In this document: one piece after another, positions 38,252 through 46,260 of the stretch
How positions within the stretch are numbered: the stretch's first letter is position 1
Layout of the letters: the number at the start of each line of letters is the position of its first letter
Assembly (NCBI GenBank): GCA_021808995.1
Contig: JAKBAP010000001.1
Span: forward strand, 1 to 46,260
Length of the DNA stretch: 46,260 nt
From: Planctomycetota bacterium
GTDB taxonomy: Bacteria > Planctomycetota > Planctomycetia > Isosphaerales > Isosphaeraceae
Direction of reading: 5' to 3'
The notes under the pieces: generated by a model
Seen by the model: the letters and a program-made list of their open reading frames with translations, nothing else
Databases searched by the model: none
Told to the model about the DNA's origin: nothing
Program-made: the position numbers and the translations under genes

Positions 38252-40021
38252 TCACGGCGCGTGCTTCAGGGCGCGGCGGACCAGTTCGGGAAGATAGCTC
38301 ACCGGAACCGTTCCCTGCGCCAGCACCGCGTCGTGAAACTGCTTCAGATTGAACCGAGCCCCAAGCTCGCCCTGGATCTCCTGCCGCAGCCGGTGAAACG
38401 CGACCCGGCCGGCGAAATACGTCGAAAGCTGACACGAGGTCTGCTTGGCCCGGATAATCTTGCCGATGGCCTCCCCCTCGGTTTGAAACGCGCGCTGCTG
38501 GAGCAGCTCCATCGCCTCGGCCTCGGTCATCGAGCCCACGTGCATCCGATGGTCCAGGATCGCGTTCACGACCGCTCGCAAGTAAAACTTGAGCTGCTGA
38601 AGCCGTAACGCGGGGTCGCCGGCGCCAAATCCCTGGTCCAACATCATCTGCTCGGTATAGACCGCCCAGCCCTCGGCGAAAACGCCCGAGGAGAGCACCC
38701 GGCGGATAAACGAGGGGCAGCGATTGGAATGCTCGAGCTGCACGTAATGGCCAGGATACGCTTCATGAATGGTCAAGATTTTGAGCATCCGTCGGTTATA
38801 CTCGCGCAGGAAGCTCTGAACCCGATCCGGCCGCCAATCGCGAGGCGGTGGGGAAAGCGCGTACTCGCTCGAGCCCCGAGGATCAAGCGGAGGGGCGGGG
38901 TTGAGATAGGCGACCGCGTTGCCCCGCATGAACTCCGGCATCGCGAGAATCCGGCACTGGTCGGGCTCGTGAAGGGTGACGATCCCATGGGAACGAATGA
39001 ATTCCTTGATCTCGTCAACCGTCCCCTTGATATCGGCGACCAGATGGTCGGCCTCGCCATGATCGTCGCCGATCTTGCTCAGCACCCGCGTGACCAGGCG
39101 CCGCCGACCCTCCGCGTCGTCCAAGGGGAACGGCTCCGACGGGAAATAGACCGCGAAAAGCTGCCGCGCGATCACCGCCATCTCGGTCTCGACCCGGGTC
39201 GCCTCGCGCTCAGCCTCGCCTAAGAGCTCGCCAGCCTCGATCCCGGAATCGAGCTCTAAGGCCAGCTTGCGTTCAAACAGGGGCCGGCCGATCCGCCACT
39301 CGCCACTCGCCCGGGGCAAGAGATCCTGCTTGAGATAAACCAGGTACTCGCCAAGCGCGTGCTTCACCCCGGCCGCCCGCTCCGCGAAAAGCCGATTCTC
39401 GACACCAACTCCCGCGATCGTCTGAAGCTCTCCTGAATAAAACGCGATCGCCCCCTCGGTCTGACGGATCGCCGTCTCGACCCGCACCCGCGAAGGATTC
39501 TTCAATGTCGCCCGCGCCACGTCCACGACCCCAGGAATTCGCTCCATTCGCTCGAGCACGTTCCCGACATTGATCGCCATCGGCAACGAAGACTGCGTGA
39601 GCGGCAAATACACGCTCTCACTCAAATAGTCGCCATAAATCCGTGGATCATCCTCGAAGGGATGAAACGTCTCGGCCAGCCAGATCGAGCGAATCAGGTG
39701 CTTCTCGAATATCTCAAGGTCAATCTGGCCGTCACGGGTCAGCTTGGAATAATCAACCTGCTTGCGCAACCCATCCAGCATCGCTCGATCATGCTCAATC
39801 CGCTTCGCGCGCGCGGTCGGCGAAAGATCGTCAAGCCGAGCGTCATACGCATGTTCACCCATACGCGTGGCCATGAGCGGCTCAAGCCGAAACGCCTCCT
39901 GAAGATAATCCCGAAAAACCCGGTCGAGCTTCTGGTCCTCGGATGCGGGCGCTTGAGCCGGGCCGAGGAGCATCATGCACGCAAGTGCCAGGAATCCGGA
40001 CCGCGTCGACATTTTAGGCAT
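38252..40021 (-). CDS. DUF885 family protein; start 40021 or 40012
   Basis: Signal peptide; HEAYPGHYVQ, FAEGWAVYTE, QLSTYFAG, FNLKQFHDAVLAQG. Confidence 0.92.
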   Translation of the reverse strand: MPKMSTRSGFLALACMMLLGPAQAPASEDQKLDRVFRDYLQEAFRLEPLMATRMGEHAYDARLDDLSPTARAKRIEHDRAMLDGLRKQVDYSKLTRDGQIDLEIFEKHLIRSIWLAETFHPFEDDPRIYGDYLSESVYLPLTQSSLPMAINVGNVLERMERIPGVVDVARATLKNPSRVRVETAIRQTEGAIAFYSGELQTIAGVGVENRLFAERAAGVKHALGEYLVYLKQDLLPRASGEWRIGRPLFERKLALELDSGIEAGELLGEAEREATRVETEMAVIARQLFAVYFPSEPFPLDDAEGRRRLVTRVLSKIGDDHGEADHLVADIKGTVDEIKEFIRSHGIVTLHEPDQCRILAMPEFMRGNAVAYLNPAPPLDPRGSSEYALSPPPRDWRPDRVQSFLREYNRRMLKILTIHEAYPGHYVQLEHSNRCPSFIRRVLSSGVFAEGWAVYTEQMMLDQGFGAGDPALRLQQLKFYLRAVVNAILDHRMHVGSMTEAEAMELLQQRAFQTEGEAIGKIIRAKQTSCQLSTYFAGRVAFHRLRQEIQGELGARFNLKQFHDAVLAQGTVPVSYLPELVRRALKHAP

Positions 40022-40364
40022 GCCTTGAGAATTTCCCGTAGGACCGTGACGAAGGACGTCCAGCCACGGCAAGTGAAAAGGGTTGGGAATACCGAGCCTG
40101 ATCCCGGGCGGGGGTCTCGCGAGGCGATCACGCGCGTGAGGGTGGAGTTTCCGGCTGTGTTCCGCCGACGATTGGGGTATGATAGAGTGTCGGGGAGTGG
40201 AACGAAAGGGTCTTGCGAAAGCGGGCCGACACCCCCGCGTTGCGAACGAGCCTGGCGCGTGTGACAATAAAACCGAACTTCTGGCCGTCCGACGCCGCGG
40301 ATGGAATCGAGCGTTTCGATTCGTCTCGCGACTCCTCGGACGACGTCTTGGTCTAGACCGTAGA

Positions 40365-40958
40365 ATGTGCCAAGTGGTCCTGATCCGTCCTGGGGCGACG
40401 GCTTACGACGAACAAAATCGGGTTCAGGGGATCCTCGACATCCCCTTGAGCGAGCGAGGCCAAGGGGACGTGGCCGTCATGGCCGAGAGCCTGGCCCGGC
40501 TCGTCGACACCTCACCGCTTCGCGCGCTTTATTGCGGCCCTGGCGAGAGCGTGACGCGTACGGCCGAGATCGTGGGTCGATCTCTGGGCCTCCGGCCCAA
40601 GCGGATCGATGATCTGCGGAATCTTGACCACGGGCTGTGGCAGGGATTGCAGATCGACGAGATCAAACGGCGCAACACCAAGCTGTTTCGCCAGTGGATC
40701 GACGACCCGGAGACGATTTGCCCCCCCCTGGGCGAGACGGTCGATCGCGCCCGCGAGCGGATCAAATCGACCCTGAAACCGCTGATTCGGCGGCACCAGG
40801 GCGAGGCGATCGGGCTCGTGGTTGGCGAGCCACTGGCCCGCTTGGTCGCCTGTTTCCTCAAATGCCAGGCGCGGGTCCAGCTCGATGAGCCGCCGGTCGG
40901 TGCCTGCTTCGAGACGATCGAGATCGCCCCACCCCTCTTACGCAACGGAACGCACTAA
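40365..40958 (+). CDS. Histidine phosphatase (phosphoglycerate mutase) fold protein, degenerate active site
   Basis: [41 protein letters not shown] is replaced by RPG. Confidence 0.85.
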   Translation: MCQVVLIRPGATAYDEQNRVQGILDIPLSERGQGDVAVMAESLARLVDTSPLRALYCGPGESVTRTAEIVGRSLGLRPKRIDDLRNLDHGLWQGLQIDEIKRRNTKLFRQWIDDPETICPPLGETVDRARERIKSTLKPLIRRHQGEAIGLVVGEPLARLVACFLKCQARVQLDEPPVGACFETIEIAPPLLRNGTH

Positions 40959-41013
40959 CAGACGCCGCGACCGGATCGCGAGCGGATCACGTGAGCACGA
41001 AAGGAGCGACGTC

Positions 41014-41862
41014 ATGGCGTCGCGGGAAGGACGAGCCCCAAACGCCTGGCACGGGCACTTCGAGCCCAAGCGCGTCCCCGAGGGGGTCTGGATGCGCTGC
41101 GAGGGCTGCCGCGCGACCCTCTTCCGAAAGGAAGTCGAGGAAAACCTCTCCGTCTGCCCCGAGTGCAATCACCATTTCTCCCTCTCCGCCCCCGACCGCA
41201 TCGCCCAGCTCGTCGATCCCGATACCTTCGAGGAATGGCACGCCGACCTGTCACCCCAGGACCCCTTGGGCTTCAACGACCGGCGCCCCTATCCCGAACG
41301 AATCAAGGCCGAGCAAGAACGCACCGGCCTCACCGAGGCCGCCCTGGTCGGCCAGGGCTACATCAAGGGAATTCGCATCGTACTCGGCATCACCGATAGC
41401 AATTTCATCATGGGGAGCATGGGCTCCGTCGTCGGCGAAAAACTCACCCGAGCCATCGAACAAGCAACCCTCGAGCGACTCCCACTCGTTATCGTCTCCG
41501 GCTCCGGCGGCGGAGCGCGAATGCACGAGGGAATCTTTTCCCTCATGCAAATGGCCAAGGTCTCGACCGCCCTCGGTCGATTCCACGTCTCCGGCGGCCT
41601 CTATCTGTCGATCCTCACCCACCCCACCATGGGTGGGGTCGCGGCCAGCTTCGCCTCGCTCGGCGATTTCATCATCGCCGAGCCCAAGGCCCTGATCGGA
41701 TTCGCCGGCCCCCGCGTCATCGAGCAGACGGTCCGAGTGCAGCTCCCCAGCGGATTCCAGACCAGCGAATTCTTGCTCGAACACGGCTTCATCGACCGCA
41801 TCGCCCACCGCCGCGACCTCCGCAGCACCATCGCCCAGTTGATCGATTACACCACCCCTTGA
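41014..41862 (+). CDS. accD: Acetyl-CoA carboxylase carboxyltransferase beta subunit
   Basis: WMRCEGC...VCPECNHH zinc finger, [41 protein letters not shown]. Confidence 0.97.
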   Translation: MASREGRAPNAWHGHFEPKRVPEGVWMRCEGCRATLFRKEVEENLSVCPECNHHFSLSAPDRIAQLVDPDTFEEWHADLSPQDPLGFNDRRPYPERIKAEQERTGLTEAALVGQGYIKGIRIVLGITDSNFIMGSMGSVVGEKLTRAIEQATLERLPLVIVSGSGGGARMHEGIFSLMQMAKVSTALGRFHVSGGLYLSILTHPTMGGVAASFASLGDFIIAEPKALIGFAGPRVIEQTVRVQLPSGFQTSEFLLEHGFIDRIAHRRDLRSTIAQLIDYTTP

Positions 41863-42617
41863 CCCCCGCGAATCAGCTCGAGTAACCGGTTATCGTGCGG
41901 AAACGGATGCCCACGATACTGGCGGAAACCCTCCGCGTGGGCGACCCCAATCTCACTCCCACGGGTCGCGCTCCATTTCTCCTGGACCGCCAGGTATTCA
42001 TCCATCCCATGCTGACGCATGAGCCATTCGCGCTGGCTCGCGTGGCAGGCGAGCATCGAGCGCTTGGTCTCGAAAACCCGGCTGACCTCGATGTGGAAAT
42101 CGGGAACGACCGGCCGCCCCTCGCGATCCACTCCCATCAGCGGGTCCACGAAATAGAGATAGGGAATCCTGGTCATCGGGGCCGCCGGCGACCACTGCCG
42201 GGTCACGTAATTCGGGCACGACGCCGCGAAACAGGCGTCGCGAACCAAGAGACTGGTCATCTCGTGATCGGCGATGTAATCGACCGGCGGGGCGGTGAGA
42301 ATCACATCGGGGGCGACCTTGCGAATGGCCTCCACGACGCGCCGACGCGATTCGTCGTCGTTGAAGATGGCGAGGTCGCGAAATTCAAGACAGAAATACT
42401 CGGCCCCGATCAGCGCCGCCGCGGCCCGCCCTTCCTCGCGACGAATCGCCGAGATCGCGGCCGCGTCATGCTGGGCGCTGCCGCAATCGCCGGGGGTCAT
42501 CGTCGCGATCGTCACCCGGTGCCCCGCCTCGCGCAATAACACCAGAGTGCCCGCGCACTGAAACTCGACATCGTCGGGATGCGCGTGAATCGCCAGAATG
42601 GTCGCCAACTCCGACAT
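41847..42617 (-). CDS. PIG-L/LmbE family deacetylase
   Basis: [28 protein letters not shown]. Confidence 0.9.
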   Translation of the reverse strand: MSELATILAIHAHPDDVEFQCAGTLVLLREAGHRVTIATMTPGDCGSAQHDAAAISAIRREEGRAAAALIGAEYFCLEFRDLAIFNDDESRRRVVEAIRKVAPDVILTAPPVDYIADHEMTSLLVRDACFAASCPNYVTRQWSPAAPMTRIPYLYFVDPLMGVDREGRPVVPDFHIEVSRVFETKRSMLACHASQREWLMRQHGMDEYLAVQEKWSATRGSEIGVAHAEGFRQYRGHPFPHDNRLLELIRGGQGVV

Positions 42618-42704
42618 GGGATGCCCTCGCTCAAATTGCCCTGAGGTGCTCGCGAAAAAGAGCGTACGCGACCTCAAGTCGAGCCACAAGGGATCGTCGT
42701 CCAA

Positions 42705-43075
42705 TCAAGAGCCGGGTTCAGGGAGCAAGACATTCATGAGCTTGTAGACCTCGCTACACGGGTTTTGGGCCTCGGGAAGCTCCCCTCGTTCGATCCCCGG
42801 CTTCCGGAGCTTCTCGGCTCGCCGACTGGCATCGTGGACGCGATCAACGATTTTGCTGAAATCAAACGAGCCCTTGTCATCTCCAGGAAGGTGCTTCCTG
42901 AGGGATCTGACTGTTTGAGCGCACTCGTGGGTCGACGAGGCCCTCTCCACAAAGTGGAGCAAGAGCCAGTATTCAAAGCAGATCGTTGAGACCGCCAGCT
43001 AGACGCCATGGGCACTATACCGTGGAGCCGACTTGTCGTCCTCGCGGACGATCAAGACGCGCTTCGGGAGATCGC
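42705..43075 (-). pseudogene. RloB-like protein remnant
   Basis: One minus-strand frame reads DLPKRVLIVREDDKSAPRY-SAHGV*LAVSTICFEYWLLLHF...LRKHLPG..K...NPCSEVYKLMNVL. The N-terminal LIVCE-like and SNPCFExWxLLHF-like motifs are joined directly; TAG at 42999-43001. Confidence 0.78.
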
Positions 43076-43233
43076 GCGCGGTCTTGGTGGCCGCGAAAAA
43101 AAATAAAAAATGTTCTCGCGTGCGCTAGACAACCACTGTACATTAGCAATCAAAGAGCCAGTAGATGGTTGCCCTGCTCGTCGCGACCTGGGGCGACCAG
43201 GATCCTTCGCAAACCCCGGAAAGGGAGCAACGC

Positions 43234-43839
43234 ATGGCCGACCTTGAGGCACTGACCCCCCGTCAGCGTGATATTTACACATTCATCCGGACCAAGATCC
43301 AGGGCCGCGGCTATGGTCCGACGGTTCGCGAGATTGGGCTCAACTTTCAGATCAAGAGCCCTAACGGCGTGATGTGCCACCTGAAGGCCCTCCAGAAGAA
43401 GGGGCTGATCCATCGCGAGCCCAACATGTCGCGTGCGATTCAGCTCCTTGAGGACCCGGTGAACGCGCATCGGATGGGGCTCAAGCTGATCGGCCGGATC
43501 GCGGCCGGCCAGCCGATCGAGGCGATCGAGCAGAGCGAGGAGCTGTCGTTCAGCGACTGGATCGAGCCGGGCGACAAATTCGCGCTTCGGGTCACAGGCG
43601 AATCCATGATCGACGCCCACATCGCCGATGGCGATTTCGTCGTCATCCGCCGTCAGGAGCAAGCTCGCGACGGCCAGATCGTCGCCGTGCGCGACGACGA
43701 CGGCGAGGCCACTCTCAAGAAATACTACCGCGAGCGCAATCGTGTGCGGCTCGAGCCGGCCAACAAGGCGATGAAGCCGATCTACCGCGATCGGGTCAGC
43801 ATTCTGGGCGTGCTGGTGGGTGTTGTGCGAAAATACTGA
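43234..43839 (+). CDS. lexA: SOS repressor LexA
   Basis: LTPRQ, GYGPTVREIG, HLKALQKKG, IAAG cleavage site, GESM (Ser), ATLKK (Lys); GGGAG RBS. Confidence 0.96.
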   Translation: MADLEALTPRQRDIYTFIRTKIQGRGYGPTVREIGLNFQIKSPNGVMCHLKALQKKGLIHREPNMSRAIQLLEDPVNAHRMGLKLIGRIAAGQPIEAIEQSEELSFSDWIEPGDKFALRVTGESMIDAHIADGDFVVIRRQEQARDGQIVAVRDDDGEATLKKYYRERNRVRLEPANKAMKPIYRDRVSILGVLVGVVRKY

Positions 43840-43894
43840 TCGGGGGCCGCGACCGGCCCGATCGATTTTTCGCGAACCCAACGAGACGTCTTCC

Positions 43895-44380
43895 ATGGGA
43901 ACGGACTCCAAGGATCATCCCGATTTCGTGCGGCTTTACACCGACGGCGCATGCAGTGGCAATCCCGGCCCTGGGGGGTGGGCGTTCATCCTCGACCACC
44001 CCGCGACGGGCGAGCGCAGAAAAGAGGCCGGCGCGGAGCGGCATACGACCAATAACCGCATGGAGCTCATGGGCGTTATTGAGGGGCTCGCCGTCCTCAA
44101 GCGCCCTTGCCAGGTCGAAATCGTGACCGACAGCCAGTACGTGGCCAAGGGGATGAGCGAATGGATGCCCAACTGGAAACGACAGGGCTGGAATCGCAAG
44201 GAAAAAGGCGTTCTCAAGCCGGTCATGAACGTCGACCTCTGGCAACGGCTCGACGGCTTGCTTGTCGGCCACCGCGTCAGCGTCACCCACGTCCTGGGCC
44301 ACCGTGGCCACGTGGAAAACGAGGAATGCGATCGCATGGCCGTCCAGGCCTATAAGGACATGGTCCGAAACCCCGGCTGA
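43895..44380 (+). CDS. rnhA: Ribonuclease HI
   Basis: YTDGACSGNPGPGGW, TTNNRMEL, TDSQYV, NVDLWQRL, GHRGHVENEECDRMA. Confidence 0.96.
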   Translation: MGTDSKDHPDFVRLYTDGACSGNPGPGGWAFILDHPATGERRKEAGAERHTTNNRMELMGVIEGLAVLKRPCQVEIVTDSQYVAKGMSEWMPNWKRQGWNRKEKGVLKPVMNVDLWQRLDGLLVGHRVSVTHVLGHRGHVENEECDRMAVQAYKDMVRNPG

Positions 44381-44457
44381 GCGGTTGCGGGAGCGAGGTT
44401 GATCGGCCCTCCTGGAGAACCCTCGCACACCAGGAAGCACCTTGTTCGGCCGCGGGT

Positions 44458-45984
44458 TCAGACCAGTCTCGAAAGCGCCTCCCGGGCCTGGATGATCAGC
44501 GGGCTGTCGGGGGTTTTCGAGCCTGGGAATTGAGACATGGCGGCGGCGATCATGGGGGCCTGCCAGGCTCGATCGGTCGAGGCGATAGCCTCTTCACAGA
44601 GGGCGGCGGCGTATTTGTAGTCGTGGCTGTCTCGTCCCTTGCGAAAGATCAGGCTTCGTGCCGCCGCGAAGACCTGGCCCGTCGAGCCCCCTCGGGCCAC
44701 GTAATCGAGGGCGAGCCCGCCGGCCTTCTTGCGATCGCTCGAGACGGCCTCGAAAATCGCGGCGACCGCGTCATCGCCGGGCGTGGGGCCGTGGCCCGCG
44801 GGTTCTAGACTGTCGATCGCGACGGGGTTCGTGGGCTTGGTTCGGTCGCGGTACATCGGCTGCCAACCGACCGCTTGCAAGAGGGCGAGCTTGCGGGTGG
44901 TGTCGTCGCCGCATGAATTGTAGATATAATGAAGCGAGTTACTCGCGGTTGTCGCGTGGAGGGCGATGATTCCGGGGCTGTTCATGAGCAGCTCGCTGGC
45001 CGAGAGCATGACCGAGTCCCAGATTGAGCCGGGCGAGACGCCCCGATTGAGCATCCTGGCGGCCTCGGCCGAGGCGGCTTCGGGGGTGGCGTGGCGGAGC
45101 GTTTCGAGCATGCCTTTGGTCGCGCCGGCGTCGTCCTTGCCCATCATCCAGTCGGGTCCGAGTTTGGATGCCGTCTCGAGATTCGCCTGGTAAGGTCCGA
45201 CGGGTTGGGGCGACGCGCCGCCCATCCCGCCAAGGTCGAGCAGGGCATAGGCCACCGAACGGAGGACCGGCTCGGCGTGCGCCCAACCGATCGTTTGCAG
45301 AGTCCGCCAGCTCTGCGCGGCGAAGATCGCCTTGTGCCCGATGTCTCGCTGATCGCGCACGGCCATCCGCCAGAGCGGCTCCATCGCCGCGGCCGACCCC
45401 AAGGATCGGACGAGCGAGCTCACCGCGCGGTCGGCTCCCTCGGTATCCCAGCGCTCCATGGCGCGGAAAAACTCCTCGCGCGCCTGGCCTGGTTTGGGGA
45501 GTTGGTTCGACGGCGGTGCTAACGCCCAGTCGCCTTCCTTGACATCCTGGGCCTGTGACGACTTGAAATTGTCAAACGCCCAGAACAAGGGCAAAAGCCG
45601 GTCCTGGGGCGGAGCCGCGATCGCCAGCTCGTGCGCTGAGTTCATCACCATGACCGCGTGGAATTTGAAGCCCACCGGGCGCGGTTGGATGTTACGAATG
45701 CCCGCCAGGAACAGCCCCGCCAGCAGCTCCTTGTACGAAAGCCCCGCCTTCAGCCTGTCGACCGCGATGGCGATGACCCGGTCGCGCGGGGTTTCCTCGA
45801 TCATCCGCACGATGGGCTCGATCTCGGGGCGGAATCGCACCATCTCGGGCGTCACGCGGGCGTCCTGGCTCGAACGAGGGCTGATCCGCGCGAGCGCGGG
45901 CCAGGGCGCGAGCTCCGCTCCCACGCCCAGCGCGGCCGCGGTGCCCAGGAACCGACGACGCGGCATCGATCGCTTGGATTTCAT
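44458..45984 (-). CDS. Tat-signal helical hypothetical protein with repeated His motifs
   Basis: PRRRFLG twin-arginine motif; GGGGAG RBS before ATG 45984; FHAVM, GHKAI, LHATT, SHDYK motifs. Confidence 0.85.
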   Translation of the reverse strand: MKSKRSMPRRRFLGTAAALGVGAELAPWPALARISPRSSQDARVTPEMVRFRPEIEPIVRMIEETPRDRVIAIAVDRLKAGLSYKELLAGLFLAGIRNIQPRPVGFKFHAVMVMNSAHELAIAAPPQDRLLPLFWAFDNFKSSQAQDVKEGDWALAPPSNQLPKPGQAREEFFRAMERWDTEGADRAVSSLVRSLGSAAAMEPLWRMAVRDQRDIGHKAIFAAQSWRTLQTIGWAHAEPVLRSVAYALLDLGGMGGASPQPVGPYQANLETASKLGPDWMMGKDDAGATKGMLETLRHATPEAASAEAARMLNRGVSPGSIWDSVMLSASELLMNSPGIIALHATTASNSLHYIYNSCGDDTTRKLALLQAVGWQPMYRDRTKPTNPVAIDSLEPAGHGPTPGDDAVAAIFEAVSSDRKKAGGLALDYVARGGSTGQVFAAARSLIFRKGRDSHDYKYAAALCEEAIASTDRAWQAPMIAAAMSQFPGSKTPDSPLIIQAREALSRLV

Positions 45985-46260
45985 GCTGGTCTCTCCCCGG
46001 CGGGTCGCGTGGAGGGCGTCGCCCGAGTCGAGTGGATTCGGGACAAAGGGCGCGAGCACGACTCGCCAGCCTCATTATGCAAGTGGAGACGTCGAGTTCT
46101 CAAGCCATCGCGAGTCAGGGTCGCCGACGGTAAAGGATCCGCGAAAAACAAATTGATCAATTATCACTGTCTGGGTCCACGCGTCGAAGCGGGGCGTTGT
46201 CCGTGCCCACCTGGGAGCGCGGTCGCCAGATACCGTCAAAGCTCCGGCTCCATCCATTTT

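Noticed and set aside
9877..43001. Amber (TAG) recoding suggested by in-frame TAGs at 9877 and 42999
   Set aside because: TAG is the true stop at the natural C-termini of the DUF1549/1553, DUF1501, S1C protease and obg genes, and the RloB remnant is also deleted internally.
46075..46260. Short ORF at the right edge
   Set aside because: No motif, and truncated context.
1..46260. CRISPR array, rRNA, transposase or phage genes
   Set aside because: No regularly spaced direct repeats or recognisable motifs were found by eye.

Overview
High-GC bacterial chromosomal window. The gene content (DUF1501, DUF1549/DUF1553, planctomycete cytochrome c-WD40, LExLExRxL extracellular leaders) points to a Planctomycete, probably Isosphaeraceae-like (inference). 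Core genes are tRNA-Ser(GCT), rtcB, a UvrA paralog, queC, rpmA, obg, type III pantothenate kinase, hrpB, an MnmE-like GTPase, accD, lexA and rnhA. These are interleaved with exported planctomycete-type proteins. The most unexplained block is 32.3-38.2 kb: an orphan TolC-family gene followed by three tandem paralogous LExLExR-leader beta-rich proteins, set divergently from two tandem Tat-exported paralogs of unknown family. Reading outside the ORF track shows four disrupted genes: a Uma2 nuclease, a signal-peptide gene split by a frameshift, a membrane protein gene with an in-frame TAG, and an internally deleted RloB-like remnant next to lexA. Several enzymes have altered catalytic motifs (UvrA paralog, MnmE-like, histidine phosphatase). 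No CRISPR array, rRNA or intact mobile element was seen. Family calls come from motif recognition by eye, not database searches.
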